32,000 bases of DNA from Nitrososphaerota archaeon (GTDB taxonomy: Archaea > Thermoproteota > Nitrososphaeria > Nitrososphaerales > UBA57), in assembly GCA_002713205.1 (NCBI GenBank), contig PAVW01000017.1:27035-59034 (forward strand), written 5' to 3'. The position numbers were made by a program, and so were the translations under genes. Below the pieces are notes generated by a model. That model was not told the DNA's origin. It searched no databases and worked only from the letters and a program-made list of their open reading frames with translations. Shown here piece by piece: positions 15,021 through 23,805 of this stretch (positions are counted from its first letter, which is position 1; the number at the start of each line of letters is the position of its first letter).

Positions 15021-16295
15021 TTATAGAGATTCTCTTGATTGATGAACAATATTGCCAATTCCTGGTTTTGCAATAATTTGACCATCATTGAAAACTAATT
15101 GCCCATTTACAAACGTTGACATTATTACTCCTTTAAATTTTTCACCATCAAATGGTGAGTATTTAGCTTTGGAAAAAAACCTGCTTGCTTCTATTACTTT
15201 TACTCTTGTTGGATCTATAATTACCAAATCTGCTTTGTATCCTGGCATTATCTTACCTATTCTTTTTAAATTGAATCTATTTATTGGATTTACTATTAAT
15301 GTTTCACATATTCGTTTCAGTGAAATTATTTTTTTATCATGCAGATCCATTAAAATAGGTATTGCAGTTTCGAGTCCTGGAAAACCAGGTTTTTTCAAAT
15401 TTTTCTTTTCTACAATTGTGTGTGGCGCATGATCAGTAGAGATTATATCTATACTTCCATCAATAATTCCTTTTAAAATTGATTCTTTATCCTTTTTTTC
15501 TTTTAATTTTGGTTCACAGTATCCAAAATCATCTGAAACGTCATTTTTATCTAATAATGCGTGATGTGGTGTTGCCTCACAACTTATATCTAATTCATTT
15601 TTATGTTTTTTAATAATTTCTAAACCTTCATAAGTTGATATATGCGCAAAATGAATCTTACAATTTATCTGTTTTACTAAATCTATGATGTTATTTATTG
15701 CAAAAACTTCAGCTTTATTTGAACTAGTCGATTCTATATTATTAGAAAACGAATAGTCTTCTGCATGCACACATAATATCGAATTATTTTTCTTTATTTC
15801 TATCATGATCTCCATAATATTATTATTTGATAAATTTTGATTTTCAAATGGTTTATGTAAATATATTTTAAATCCAATAGCGCCTTCACTAATCAATTCT
15901 TTTATATCTTTACCATTTAATGGCGAACAATAAAATCCTATATTGCATAGAATTGTATTCTTAGCTGTATATTTTCTATGAATGAGTTCTTTTACTGATG
16001 TTATTGGCGGTACAGTATTGGGCATATCTAATATTGTTGTAAATCCTCCTGCTACTGCAGCACTAGTACCTGTGAAAAAATTTTCTTTATATTCCAGTGT
16101 AGAATCCCTCATATGTGTGTGAACATCAATAAAACCCGGAAAAATTAAATTATTTTTTGCATTAAAAATTTTATCCGCATTTGGTAGTTTGTCCTCATGA
16201 GTTACTTTTATAATTTGTTCATTTTCAATTGCTATTCCGACTTTTTTTAATTCTAAACCATTCCAAACTTTTCCATTAATTATATTTGTTTTGAT
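15021..16295 (-). CDS. pyrC: dihydroorotase (5' end extended beyond the ORF-track ATG; start codon uncertain)
   Basis: The ORF-track product begins MRDSTLEY..., but the same frame is open up to 16295 and encodes IKTNIINGKVWNGLELKKVGIAIENEQIIKV...LIFPGFIDVHTHMRD. This is the amidohydrolase HxH metal motif plus a typical DHOase N-terminus. The downstream motifs AHISTYEG and ISTDHAPH are present. Confidence 0.85.
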   Translation of the reverse strand: MKTNIINGKVWNGLELKKVGIAIENEQIIKVTHEDKLPNADKIFNAKNNLIFPGFIDVHTHMRDSTLEYKENFFTGTSAAVAGGFTTILDMPNTVPPITSVKELIHRKYTAKNTILCNIGFYCSPLNGKDIKELISEGAIGFKIYLHKPFENQNLSNNNIMEIMIEIKKNNSILCVHAEDYSFSNNIESTSSNKAEVFAINNIIDLVKQINCKIHFAHISTYEGLEIIKKHKNELDISCEATPHHALLDKNDVSDDFGYCEPKLKEKKDKESILKGIIDGSIDIISTDHAPHTIVEKKNLKKPGFPGLETAIPILMDLHDKKIISLKRICETLIVNPINRFNLKRIGKIMPGYKADLVIIDPTRVKVIEASRFFSKAKYSPFDGEKFKGVIMSTFVNGQLVFNDGQIIAKPGIGNIVHQSRESL

Positions 16296-18216
16296 TTATA
16301 TCACCTTTTTCTTTCCTTATTATTTCAGCTCCTCCGGCTGGTAATGCTTTTATAAATTCATCAATTGATTTTGCTTGATAAATTTTTGCTGTTTGATTTT
16401 CTAACATTGAAATAATTTCTTGTTTTATTTTTTTTGCAATATCTGATGCTTTAATTTTACCTGGTTTTAATACAACAAACGCTATGCAATTAGATTTTAT
16501 AGCATCTAAAGGACCACTCATTAATGTATATCTATCTTGTATCTTTATTACACCTACTGCAATTTCAAGCTTGATTTTTTTTATCATGTTTTTTTTCCCA
16601 ATTATCATAAAACTACCTTTAGGTAAATACGTGCCACTTGTGGCTGATTTTTTTACTTGATCTGGTTTTACCCAGTATACGCTTACTGGCGTCTGTGTTC
16701 GCCAAGCCCTACTAAATGATGCTGTAGCCCAAGCAACTTCAGAATACGATAATGATTGGTCTTTGTTTTCTTCTCTCAAAATAAAAAATGGAGAACCTAT
16801 TATATCTGCATGAAATATGGCATCATTTTCCTGTACGTGTTTTTGGATTATTGCATTATTTGAATGCGCATCTCTTCCTCCTATCACTAATGTTTTTTGG
16901 GAAGTTAAGAACCATCTATATCGTTCAAACCATAATGGCTTATCTTTTACTTTTAGTTTGATTTCATCGACATTTTGTTGACTTGTTTTTTTCTTTAATT
17001 TATCTAATTGATTCTGGAGCTTCAATTCTGCTTTTTCTATCTTTTCTATTTTTTTTTCTATTTGTTTTGCCCGTGAATAAGTTATAGATGATAATTTTAT
17101 TGCAGTTGTTTTAATTGGCATTGATAATTTCGGATCAATTATGGGTACGCTAAAAAAACCTTCTTTCGGTGAAATAATCTCAATTTTTCTCTTTGAAAAC
17201 ACGGTTTTAATTTTTGTCGAATTCCCTAAATCTTCTGCTATTTGTCTTAATAATTCAGCTTTCTTTTTTTGTTCATTCTTTGCATTGCCTTGTAATTTTA
17301 TTGTTTGTTCTAGTTTCATAATTTTATTGTTAAGTGGTTCTTGACCTATTTTTTGTTCTTTTTTTAATAATTCTGGTGTGATGTTTTTATCTAACGCCTG
17401 TATTATTGAATCAATTTTTTTGCATTCTTGTTGTTCATTAGCATGTAATTTTATAATTGATATATCAGATATGTTATTTTTTTCATAATAAACCCATACA
17501 TTCATGTTGTTTGAATTTCCTATTTTTATAAACGATTTGAGTTCTTTGTATAAAGAATCTATTTGCTTTTGTGATAATGATGAACATAATATATCGTTAT
17601 TTATATTTGATAAATGTAATATTTCTTCCACATACTTCTTTGAGATTGAATAATTACGACCTATCCATTTAGCAATTTCAATGTTACTTTGTGGTATTTG
17701 AAGGATATCTTCATACTGTAAATTTAAAATATTTTTTCTATGTTCTGGCGGCAATTTATATTTCCCACCTGGTATTATATTTCTATGTCTTACATTTAAT
17801 TGGTTTAAACAAGATAGAATTTTATTGTTTTGATCTACTACTACTAAATTTCCCTCTCTGAAAAATTCACATATTAATTTTCTTATTCCTTTTTTTGTTT
17901 CAAACGTAATAATACAGATCCGTTCTCCGTTGGGTTGTTCTAATTTTACTATTTTTCCCCTGGTTAGATTTTTTCTTAATGACTGTACATAACCTTCTGC
18001 AGTTTTGTTCTTTAAATCAAATTCAGACGTCCAAATACCAATTTTTGGATTTACTATTAAAAATTTTTTATCTTTTAATGAATGATTAAATTTAAAGAGA
18101 AATGAATTATTGAAAACCTGATAAGTATTATTTAGATAATATTTTCCTGTTTCCTCGTTAAATTCATTATTTAAACAAGTTATTATTTTTGACAATTCTA
18201 ATGACGATAATTCCAC
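16276..18216 (-). CDS. NFACT-family protein (FbpA/Rqc2 homolog, ribosome quality control-related)
   Basis: 646 aa. It has an N-terminal NFACT-N-like region, a central Lys/Glu coiled coil, and a C-terminal DUF814-like GGRDAHSNNAIIQKHVQENDAIFHADIIGSPFFIL. Confidence 0.8.
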   Translation of the reverse strand: MELSSLELSKIITCLNNEFNEETGKYYLNNTYQVFNNSFLFKFNHSLKDKKFLIVNPKIGIWTSEFDLKNKTAEGYVQSLRKNLTRGKIVKLEQPNGERICIITFETKKGIRKLICEFFREGNLVVVDQNNKILSCLNQLNVRHRNIIPGGKYKLPPEHRKNILNLQYEDILQIPQSNIEIAKWIGRNYSISKKYVEEILHLSNINNDILCSSLSQKQIDSLYKELKSFIKIGNSNNMNVWVYYEKNNISDISIIKLHANEQQECKKIDSIIQALDKNITPELLKKEQKIGQEPLNNKIMKLEQTIKLQGNAKNEQKKKAELLRQIAEDLGNSTKIKTVFSKRKIEIISPKEGFFSVPIIDPKLSMPIKTTAIKLSSITYSRAKQIEKKIEKIEKAELKLQNQLDKLKKKTSQQNVDEIKLKVKDKPLWFERYRWFLTSQKTLVIGGRDAHSNNAIIQKHVQENDAIFHADIIGSPFFILREENKDQSLSYSEVAWATASFSRAWRTQTPVSVYWVKPDQVKKSATSGTYLPKGSFMIIGKKNMIKKIKLEIAVGVIKIQDRYTLMSGPLDAIKSNCIAFVVLKPGKIKASDIAKKIKQEIISMLENQTAKIYQAKSIDEFIKALPAGGAEIIRKEKGDINQNKYN

Positions 18217-18281
18217 AATCTATTCCCAAATTATCTAATGTCATTTATTTATTAAAACCATAGTAGTTTAGATAACTTTTA

Positions 18282-18782
18282 TCAGGAGTATATTGAAGAT
18301 ATGTATGGATATTTCCTATCTAAAATTTTTTGTAATTCGATTCTTAGTCGAGAATCTATGTCTTTTTCGTTTTTCCTAATTTCCTTTATATCTGGCGATG
18401 AATAATTTACTGGCCCTTGTAGCATAACAGGTGTTTTAATATTCTTGTATGCTGAAGGTTTTTGTTTCAAAATTTTATTTATCAAGTTATTTGATTCAGA
18501 TTGATTATTAATTAAATTATCAATTAGCTTAGGATTTACAGGTCTCAATCCAAAATCAATCTGTTTTGATTCTTTCAAATCAAAAGATATTCTTCGTTTA
18601 ACACCTAACCCAATAGATTTGAATGGATTTATTATTTGTTCTTTGATTATGTACAAATTATCTTCATTGATAAATATGCTATCTAAATGTCCTTTATTAT
18701 TTGACATATATGCCTGCCATCCATTTGGATTCTTATTGTAATCTTTTTCAATTTTTGCTCGTATTTTATCTGATGAAATCAT
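18282..18782 (-). CDS. hypothetical protein
   Basis: 166-aa ORF on the same strand, 65 nt upstream of the NFACT gene. I recognise no motif. Confidence 0.45.
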   Translation of the reverse strand: MISSDKIRAKIEKDYNKNPNGWQAYMSNNKGHLDSIFINEDNLYIIKEQIINPFKSIGLGVKRRISFDLKESKQIDFGLRPVNPKLIDNLINNQSESNNLINKILKQKPSAYKNIKTPVMLQGPVNYSSPDIKEIRKNEKDIDSRLRIELQKILDRKYPYISSIYS

Positions 18783-18852
18783 TTTGCCTTGTTAAATATC
18801 TAGTAATTGAATAGTTTTTATATTTTCTTGATTTTCACTATAATGATATCTC

Positions 18853-19161
18853 TTGAAAAATACTACAAGTTCTAAATCTGTATTTAATTCGATTTTCTGG
18901 CTTAGAGCATTATTGGGGTTATCCACAGGAACTTTTTCAGGTATATTGGGTTTTACATCAGCTAGCGAATCTGCTGATCTAGGATTATTCTTTGCTCTTA
19001 CAATGTACCTATTTTCAATTGCACTTGTTAGAAATTTCTATTCTAATAAAATCAATACAGATGAACGCTGGAAATTATTCACTACTGGAATTGGAACTTT
19101 TATTGGTTTGTTCTTCTTTTCCTGGATTCTCTATGATACGCTTTTCGTTGTCAATCTCTAA
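18853..19161 (+). CDS. small membrane protein (about 3 predicted TM helices)
   Basis: 102 aa, TTG start. Hydrophobic segments: IFWLRALLGLSTGTFSGILGF, LGLFFALTMYLFSIALV and LFTTGIGTFIGLFFFSWILYDTLFVV. A TATA-like TTTTTATATTTT lies about 30 nt upstream. Confidence 0.5.
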   Translation: MKNTTSSKSVFNSIFWLRALLGLSTGTFSGILGFTSASESADLGLFFALTMYLFSIALVRNFYSNKINTDERWKLFTTGIGTFIGLFFFSWILYDTLFVVNL

Positions 19162-19467
19162 TTTGTCTAAACTTAATTTCACGAAAATTTTCCACACTGA
19201 AAAATATCCTTTTTCAAAATCATCTACTAACGGAGCAGAAAGTTTTTCTTTTATACTTTTATTTATTAGTTTTAAATATTCTGATGATTCCTTATTCATA
19301 GAATTTTTTCCAGAATGTTTTGAAATTATTCCTTCTAAAGCAAATTTTATTCCTATTGTTTTCTCATTTGAATGGTTGACAAATTTCTCTGCTATAATCA
19401 GCTTTGCATTAGAAAAATCCTTTTCTAAAATACTGTCAATACAATTCTTTATATTTTCTTTTGACAA
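19075..19467 (-). CDS. hypothetical protein (helical appearance judged by eye)
   Basis: 130-aa ORF 3 nt downstream of the RadA-paralog gene on the same strand. Its low-complexity tail overlaps the convergent membrane-protein gene. Confidence 0.45.
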   Translation of the reverse strand: MSKENIKNCIDSILEKDFSNAKLIIAEKFVNHSNEKTIGIKFALEGIISKHSGKNSMNKESSEYLKLINKSIKEKLSAPLVDDFEKGYFSVWKIFVKLSLDKLEIDNEKRIIENPGKEEQTNKSSNSSSE

Positions 19468-19470
19468 TTA

Positions 19471-20355
19471 TTACGCCTCTTTGATTCCATCTTCATCAAT
19501 TTTAAAATTAACACATTCTCCATAATTATTTGTGGCTTTCCATACATTGTTGATCCTTTGTAGATATATTCGTAAATGAATTGTTCTATTCACCAAATTG
19601 TAATATGTTTCTTTTTCTAATTCTACTAAATTATTTAAATCAGCTCGTACAGTATTTGTAATAACTATGGAAAGTTTATGATTCCAAGCTAGATTTGTAA
19701 GTCTTTGAATATATTCTAATAATGCTGATTTTAACTCTTTTATTGGAAAACTTAAATGGTCGGTAAAATTAGCTGTTAAATCATCTATCAGTACTAAATC
19801 AACATTTTTTTTGTTTATGAAATTTAAAATATTATCCACACTATCTAACTGATAATTTAGAGCATTTGAATTTAATACAAAAATATTCTTGAAAACTCTT
19901 TCATGATTAAATGATTTTGCCTTGCATATTTGTAAAATTCTTTCTGGCCTAAAATTTCCCGTTGAATCTATGATTAACACATTGGAATTTTGTTCAGCGG
20001 CGTTTAATGCAGTTTGAAATATCAGTTGAGATTTTCCTGTAGCACTTGCGCCATACAAATCAGTTATTATTCCTTGCGGAAAACCACGTGTTATGTTATT
20101 TAATGCATTACAACCAGTATCAAATTTTGCTTTTTGTTTAGATTTAGAATCTAAAAACTTAACCCAGGGAAGAGAATTCTTTAATGATTTATTTATACTA
20201 TTTTTGTAGTTTATATCGTTGTTTCTTGTCGACATTAATAAATCAAAATCATTGTAAATATTAGAATCATTTAATTCTTGTATGAAATCTATGTTTTGAT
20301 TATTTCTTTCTAAATTTAACAAGTTTATTTTATTAATATAATATACAATATACAA
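19471..20355 (-). CDS. RecA/RadA-superfamily ATPase (RadA paralog / KaiC-like)
   Basis: Walker A is GIITDLYGASATGKSQ and Walker B is VDLVLIDDLT. The size and single-domain layout fit archaeal RadA paralogs. The Asn-rich N-terminus leaves the true start uncertain. Confidence 0.7.
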   Translation of the reverse strand: MYIVYYINKINLLNLERNNQNIDFIQELNDSNIYNDFDLLMSTRNNDINYKNSINKSLKNSLPWVKFLDSKSKQKAKFDTGCNALNNITRGFPQGIITDLYGASATGKSQLIFQTALNAAEQNSNVLIIDSTGNFRPERILQICKAKSFNHERVFKNIFVLNSNALNYQLDSVDNILNFINKKNVDLVLIDDLTANFTDHLSFPIKELKSALLEYIQRLTNLAWNHKLSIVITNTVRADLNNLVELEKETYYNLVNRTIHLRIYLQRINNVWKATNNYGECVNFKIDEDGIKEA

Positions 20356-20402
20356 AGCTTTTTATTTTTAAACGTTTTATTTTCGATTAGTCGATAAATA
20401 AA

Positions 20403-20663
20403 TTGAATTATAACAATGACGAATATAAAATAAAGAAACCACTAACTACTTTACAGAATGCCATTAACAAAAATGTTTTAGTTCGATTAAAAAATGATAT
20501 TGAATATACCGGTAAAATGAAGAATGTTGATGTTTATATGAATATACTTCTGATTAATGCTGAAGAACATGAAAATGGTTCTATGTCTGCCAACTTTGGT
20601 AAAGTTGTTATACGTGGAAATAACGTTTTGTTCATTAACATTCTCCCAGATATTCCTCTGTGA
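20403..20663 (+). CDS. Sm-like (LSm) archaeal RNA-binding protein
   Basis: Sm1-like NKNVLVRLKNDIEYTGKMKNVDVYMNILL and Sm2-like VVIRGNNVLFI. TTG start. Confidence 0.8.
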   Translation: MNYNNDEYKIKKPLTTLQNAINKNVLVRLKNDIEYTGKMKNVDVYMNILLINAEEHENGSMSANFGKVVIRGNNVLFINILPDIPL

Positions 20664-20715
20664 TTTTCTTGACACCAAATAGTCATTTACATGTTAAAAT
20701 TTAGGAAATGTTATA

Positions 20716-21813
20716 ATGGGAAGGCATTTCGTTTTTACTTCAGAATCCGTTTCACCAGGACATCCTGATAAGGTCGCGGATCAAATTAGCGATGCGTTAG
20801 TTGATGCAGCTTTATTAGCTGGTGATAAAACTACACGATGTGGAATTGAAACAGCTCTCACTACGAACTATGTTCTGGTTTTTGGAGAAACTAAAAACTT
20901 CTTACCAAATTCCGCAGAAGTGGAGTCTATTATTCGAAATAAGGTACGTGAAATTGGTTATGAACAGGAAGGATTTCATTGGAAAAATTTAACTTTTGAA
21001 AATCTGTTACATAATCAATCCTCAGATATTGCACTGGGTACTGATGATTTTGGTGCAGGTGATCAAGGATTAATGTTTGGTTATGCATGTAAAGAAACAC
21101 CTTCAATGATGCCTGCACCAATCCATTACTCACATCAAATTTTATACCAGTTAAATAATATTAGAAAAAAAAATCCTCTTGTGCTTGGTCCTGATTCTAA
21201 AAGTCAAGTTAGTATAGTATATGAAAATGGTAAACCCGTGTATATTAACAAAATAGTTGTTTCAACACAACATGCAGAAGGAGAAAATAAAATGGCACGA
21301 CATTTTGCAGAAACGGCTATTAATGCTTCATGTGGAGATCTCATTGATACTAATCGCACCGAGTTTTTAATTAATCCGACTGGTAATTTTGTTATTGGAG
21401 GGCCACAAGGTGATGCTGGAATTACTGGCCGTAAAATTATTGTTGATACATATGGTGGATATGCACCACATGGCGGTGGGGCATTTTCAGGCAAGGACCC
21501 TACAAAGGTAGATCGTTCAGCAGCTTATATGGCTCGATGGTTGGCAAAGAATGTGGTAGCCAATGACTGGGCTGATTGGTGTAATATTCAATTAAGCTAT
21601 GCTATTGGAGTTAAAGAACCGACATCATTGTACGTTGATTCTAATGGAGACAATTCATCTATTGAAAGTAAGATTCGTGAAGCACATAATCTCACCCCTC
21701 TTGGTATTATTGACAAGTTTGATCTCTTCAACTTTACAGAATACTCGAAAAATTGTATCTATGGACATTTTGGGAATAAAAATGTACCATGGGAAAGTAT
21801 TGAAAAATGGTAA
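20716..21813 (+). CDS. metK: S-adenosylmethionine synthetase, bacterial/eukaryal type
   Basis: FTSESVSPGHPDKVADQISDA, GAGDQGLMFGYA, GRKIIVDTYGG and GGGAFSGKDPTKVDRSAAY are collinear with E. coli MetK. Confidence 0.95.
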   Translation: MGRHFVFTSESVSPGHPDKVADQISDALVDAALLAGDKTTRCGIETALTTNYVLVFGETKNFLPNSAEVESIIRNKVREIGYEQEGFHWKNLTFENLLHNQSSDIALGTDDFGAGDQGLMFGYACKETPSMMPAPIHYSHQILYQLNNIRKKNPLVLGPDSKSQVSIVYENGKPVYINKIVVSTQHAEGENKMARHFAETAINASCGDLIDTNRTEFLINPTGNFVIGGPQGDAGITGRKIIVDTYGGYAPHGGGAFSGKDPTKVDRSAAYMARWLAKNVVANDWADWCNIQLSYAIGVKEPTSLYVDSNGDNSSIESKIREAHNLTPLGIIDKFDLFNFTEYSKNCIYGHFGNKNVPWESIEKW

Positions 21814-21912
21814 ATATACACAGATAATATTTTACTATAATATTGACATAACATTTGACTCCCGTTCATTCTTTACAAACAAAACTTTTTACTTATCTAT
21901 GACTGATATCTA

Positions 21913-22875
21913 TTGATAAAAATGATTTCATTAGTTGGAAAGCAAAACAGCTTACTTCCACAACAAATATCTAATAATCTTGATTCTCATACGGGTACGA
22001 TATTGTTGAAACGTGGTTTTGCACACATGCTCAAACATGGCGTTATTATGGATGTTACTAATGTCAATCAAGCACAGATTGCAGAGGAAGCTGGAGCTGT
22101 TGCAGTTATGGTTCTTGATAAATTACCTGTTGAGGTAAGACAATCTGGTGGAGTTGCTCGTACTGCAGGAATGAAAATAATTAAAGATGTTGTAAATAAC
22201 ATATCTATTCCTGTAATGGCAAAGTGTCGAATTGGTCATATTTCTGAAGCATTAATATTGGAAAATTCAGGTGTTGATATGATTGATGAATCAGAAGTTT
22301 TGACTCCTGCTGATGAATCTTCCCATATATGGAAATGGGATTTTACTACTCCTTTTGTAGATGGCGCAAAAAATCTTGGCCAAGCTTTACGAAGAATTGA
22401 AGAAGGTGCATCAATGATGCGTACTAAAGGTGAACCTGGAACTGGAAATATCGTTGAAGCTGTTCGACATATACGTTCTATGAATCAAGATATTGCAAAA
22501 ATAAGCTATTTCTATAATCTCCAAGATAAGCAAGAATTATTCCGTATTTCAAAAGAATTGAACACTTCATATGAATTAGTTGTTGAAACCGGCCGTTTGG
22601 GAAGATTACCTGTTGTAAATTTCGCTGCAGGGGGAATTACAACTCCTGCCGATGCCGCTTTAATGATGAAACTTGGTTGTGATGGTGTATTTGTTGGGTC
22701 AGGAATATACAAATCCTTGGACCCTCTTGAAAGGGCATCTGCTATTGTTTTGGCAACTACTTTTCATGATAAAGTTGAAGTAATTGCGGAAGCACAAGAG
22801 ATGATTGATGAAAAAAAATCTATGACAGGCATAGGTGATGATCTCGATCTCAATATGCAAGACCGTGGTATATGA
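21913..22875 (+). CDS. pdxS: pyridoxal 5'-phosphate synthase, synthase subunit PdxS
   Basis: [63 protein letters not shown] and [20 protein letters not shown]. The ATG at 21922 may be the real start. Confidence 0.95.
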   Translation: MIKMISLVGKQNSLLPQQISNNLDSHTGTILLKRGFAHMLKHGVIMDVTNVNQAQIAEEAGAVAVMVLDKLPVEVRQSGGVARTAGMKIIKDVVNNISIPVMAKCRIGHISEALILENSGVDMIDESEVLTPADESSHIWKWDFTTPFVDGAKNLGQALRRIEEGASMMRTKGEPGTGNIVEAVRHIRSMNQDIAKISYFYNLQDKQELFRISKELNTSYELVVETGRLGRLPVVNFAAGGITTPADAALMMKLGCDGVFVGSGIYKSLDPLERASAIVLATTFHDKVEVIAEAQEMIDEKKSMTGIGDDLDLNMQDRGI

Positions 22876-23489
22876 TGAAAAAAGTCAATATAGGTATTCT
22901 TGGTGTACAGGGTGACATAGAAGAACATATTGTTTCTGTTGAATCTGCTTTTAGAGAAACTGCTATGGATGGCATTGTTAGTATAGTGAAATATCCTGAA
23001 CAAATTGATTCTATTAATGGCCTAATAATTCCTGGAGGAGAAAGTACCTCTATTGGTAAATTATCCAATACTCCGAACTTTCATAACAATATTAAAAAGA
23101 AAATTACTCAAGGTATGCCTGTATTAGGAACATGTGCAGGTCTGATCTTCTTATCCAATCAAATTGTTCAAAGCCCATCAAATATCTCACAAAAACTCTT
23201 AGGAGCACTCGAAATAGAAACCGAACGTAATGCATTTGGAAGACAACACGACTCTTTCCAATCTGAATTTCCAATTCCCAAATTTGGCTTAGATAAATTT
23301 ATGGGTGTATTCATTCGTGCCCCTAGAATACGAAGTATTGGATCAAATGTTGAAATACTTGCCAAATTAAATGACACTATTATTGCTGTTAAACAAGGTA
23401 ATATTATTGCAACTTGTTTTCATCCAGAACTATCTAATACTGTAATATTTCATAAATACCTGATCGAATTGGTTCGAGAAACACTGTGA
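22872..23489 (+). CDS. pdxT: pyridoxal 5'-phosphate synthase, glutaminase subunit PdxT
   Basis: [29 protein letters not shown] (catalytic Cys) and FHPEL. ATGA overlap with pdxS. Confidence 0.9.
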   Translation: MMKKVNIGILGVQGDIEEHIVSVESAFRETAMDGIVSIVKYPEQIDSINGLIIPGGESTSIGKLSNTPNFHNNIKKKITQGMPVLGTCAGLIFLSNQIVQSPSNISQKLLGALEIETERNAFGRQHDSFQSEFPIPKFGLDKFMGVFIRAPRIRSIGSNVEILAKLNDTIIAVKQGNIIATCFHPELSNTVIFHKYLIELVRETL

Positions 23490-23794
23490 AAATATCCGAT
23501 CTGCAAGATGAACAAAAAAATGTAAGTATTGGAGGTCGTGTAATTTTTATCAGTCAAACTCGAGAAGTTCATTTAAAATCTGGTGATGTACAAAAAGTAA
23601 CACCTGTTTCTATACAGGATGATTCTGGTTCTATTGTAGTTAGTTTATGGGGTGATTTGATAAATAAAATTGAATTAAATTCTGAAATCCGAATAGAAAA
23701 AGCATATGTAACTAAATTTCATGATAATTTACAACTTAATTTAGGTTTCTATGGAAAATTATTTTTATTATTAAATAACACTGAATCTGTATAA
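23486..23794 (+). CDS. OB-fold nucleic-acid-binding protein (tRNA/helicase-type OB, SSB-like)
   Basis: 102 aa, GTG start overlapping the pdxT stop (GTGA). VSIGGRVIFISQTREV...VSIQDDSGSIVVSLWGD shows a typical OB-fold pattern. Confidence 0.6.
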   Translation: MKISDLQDEQKNVSIGGRVIFISQTREVHLKSGDVQKVTPVSIQDDSGSIVVSLWGDLINKIELNSEIRIEKAYVTKFHDNLQLNLGFYGKLFLLLNNTESV

Positions 23795-23805
23795 TTAGTA
23801 TTTCA

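Noticed and set aside
15021-16112. The ORF-track boundaries of the dihydroorotase (363 aa starting MRDS)
   Set aside because: This start removes the HxH metal-binding motif, which is encoded in frame immediately upstream. I extended the feature to the in-frame stop boundary instead.
18992-19525. 177-aa plus-strand ORF spanning the membrane-protein and 130-aa genes
   Set aside because: It is out of frame with, and overlaps, two better candidates. It is extremely Phe/Ser/Ile/Leu-rich, as expected for an antisense AT-rich frame. It would also run into the RadA-paralog gene.
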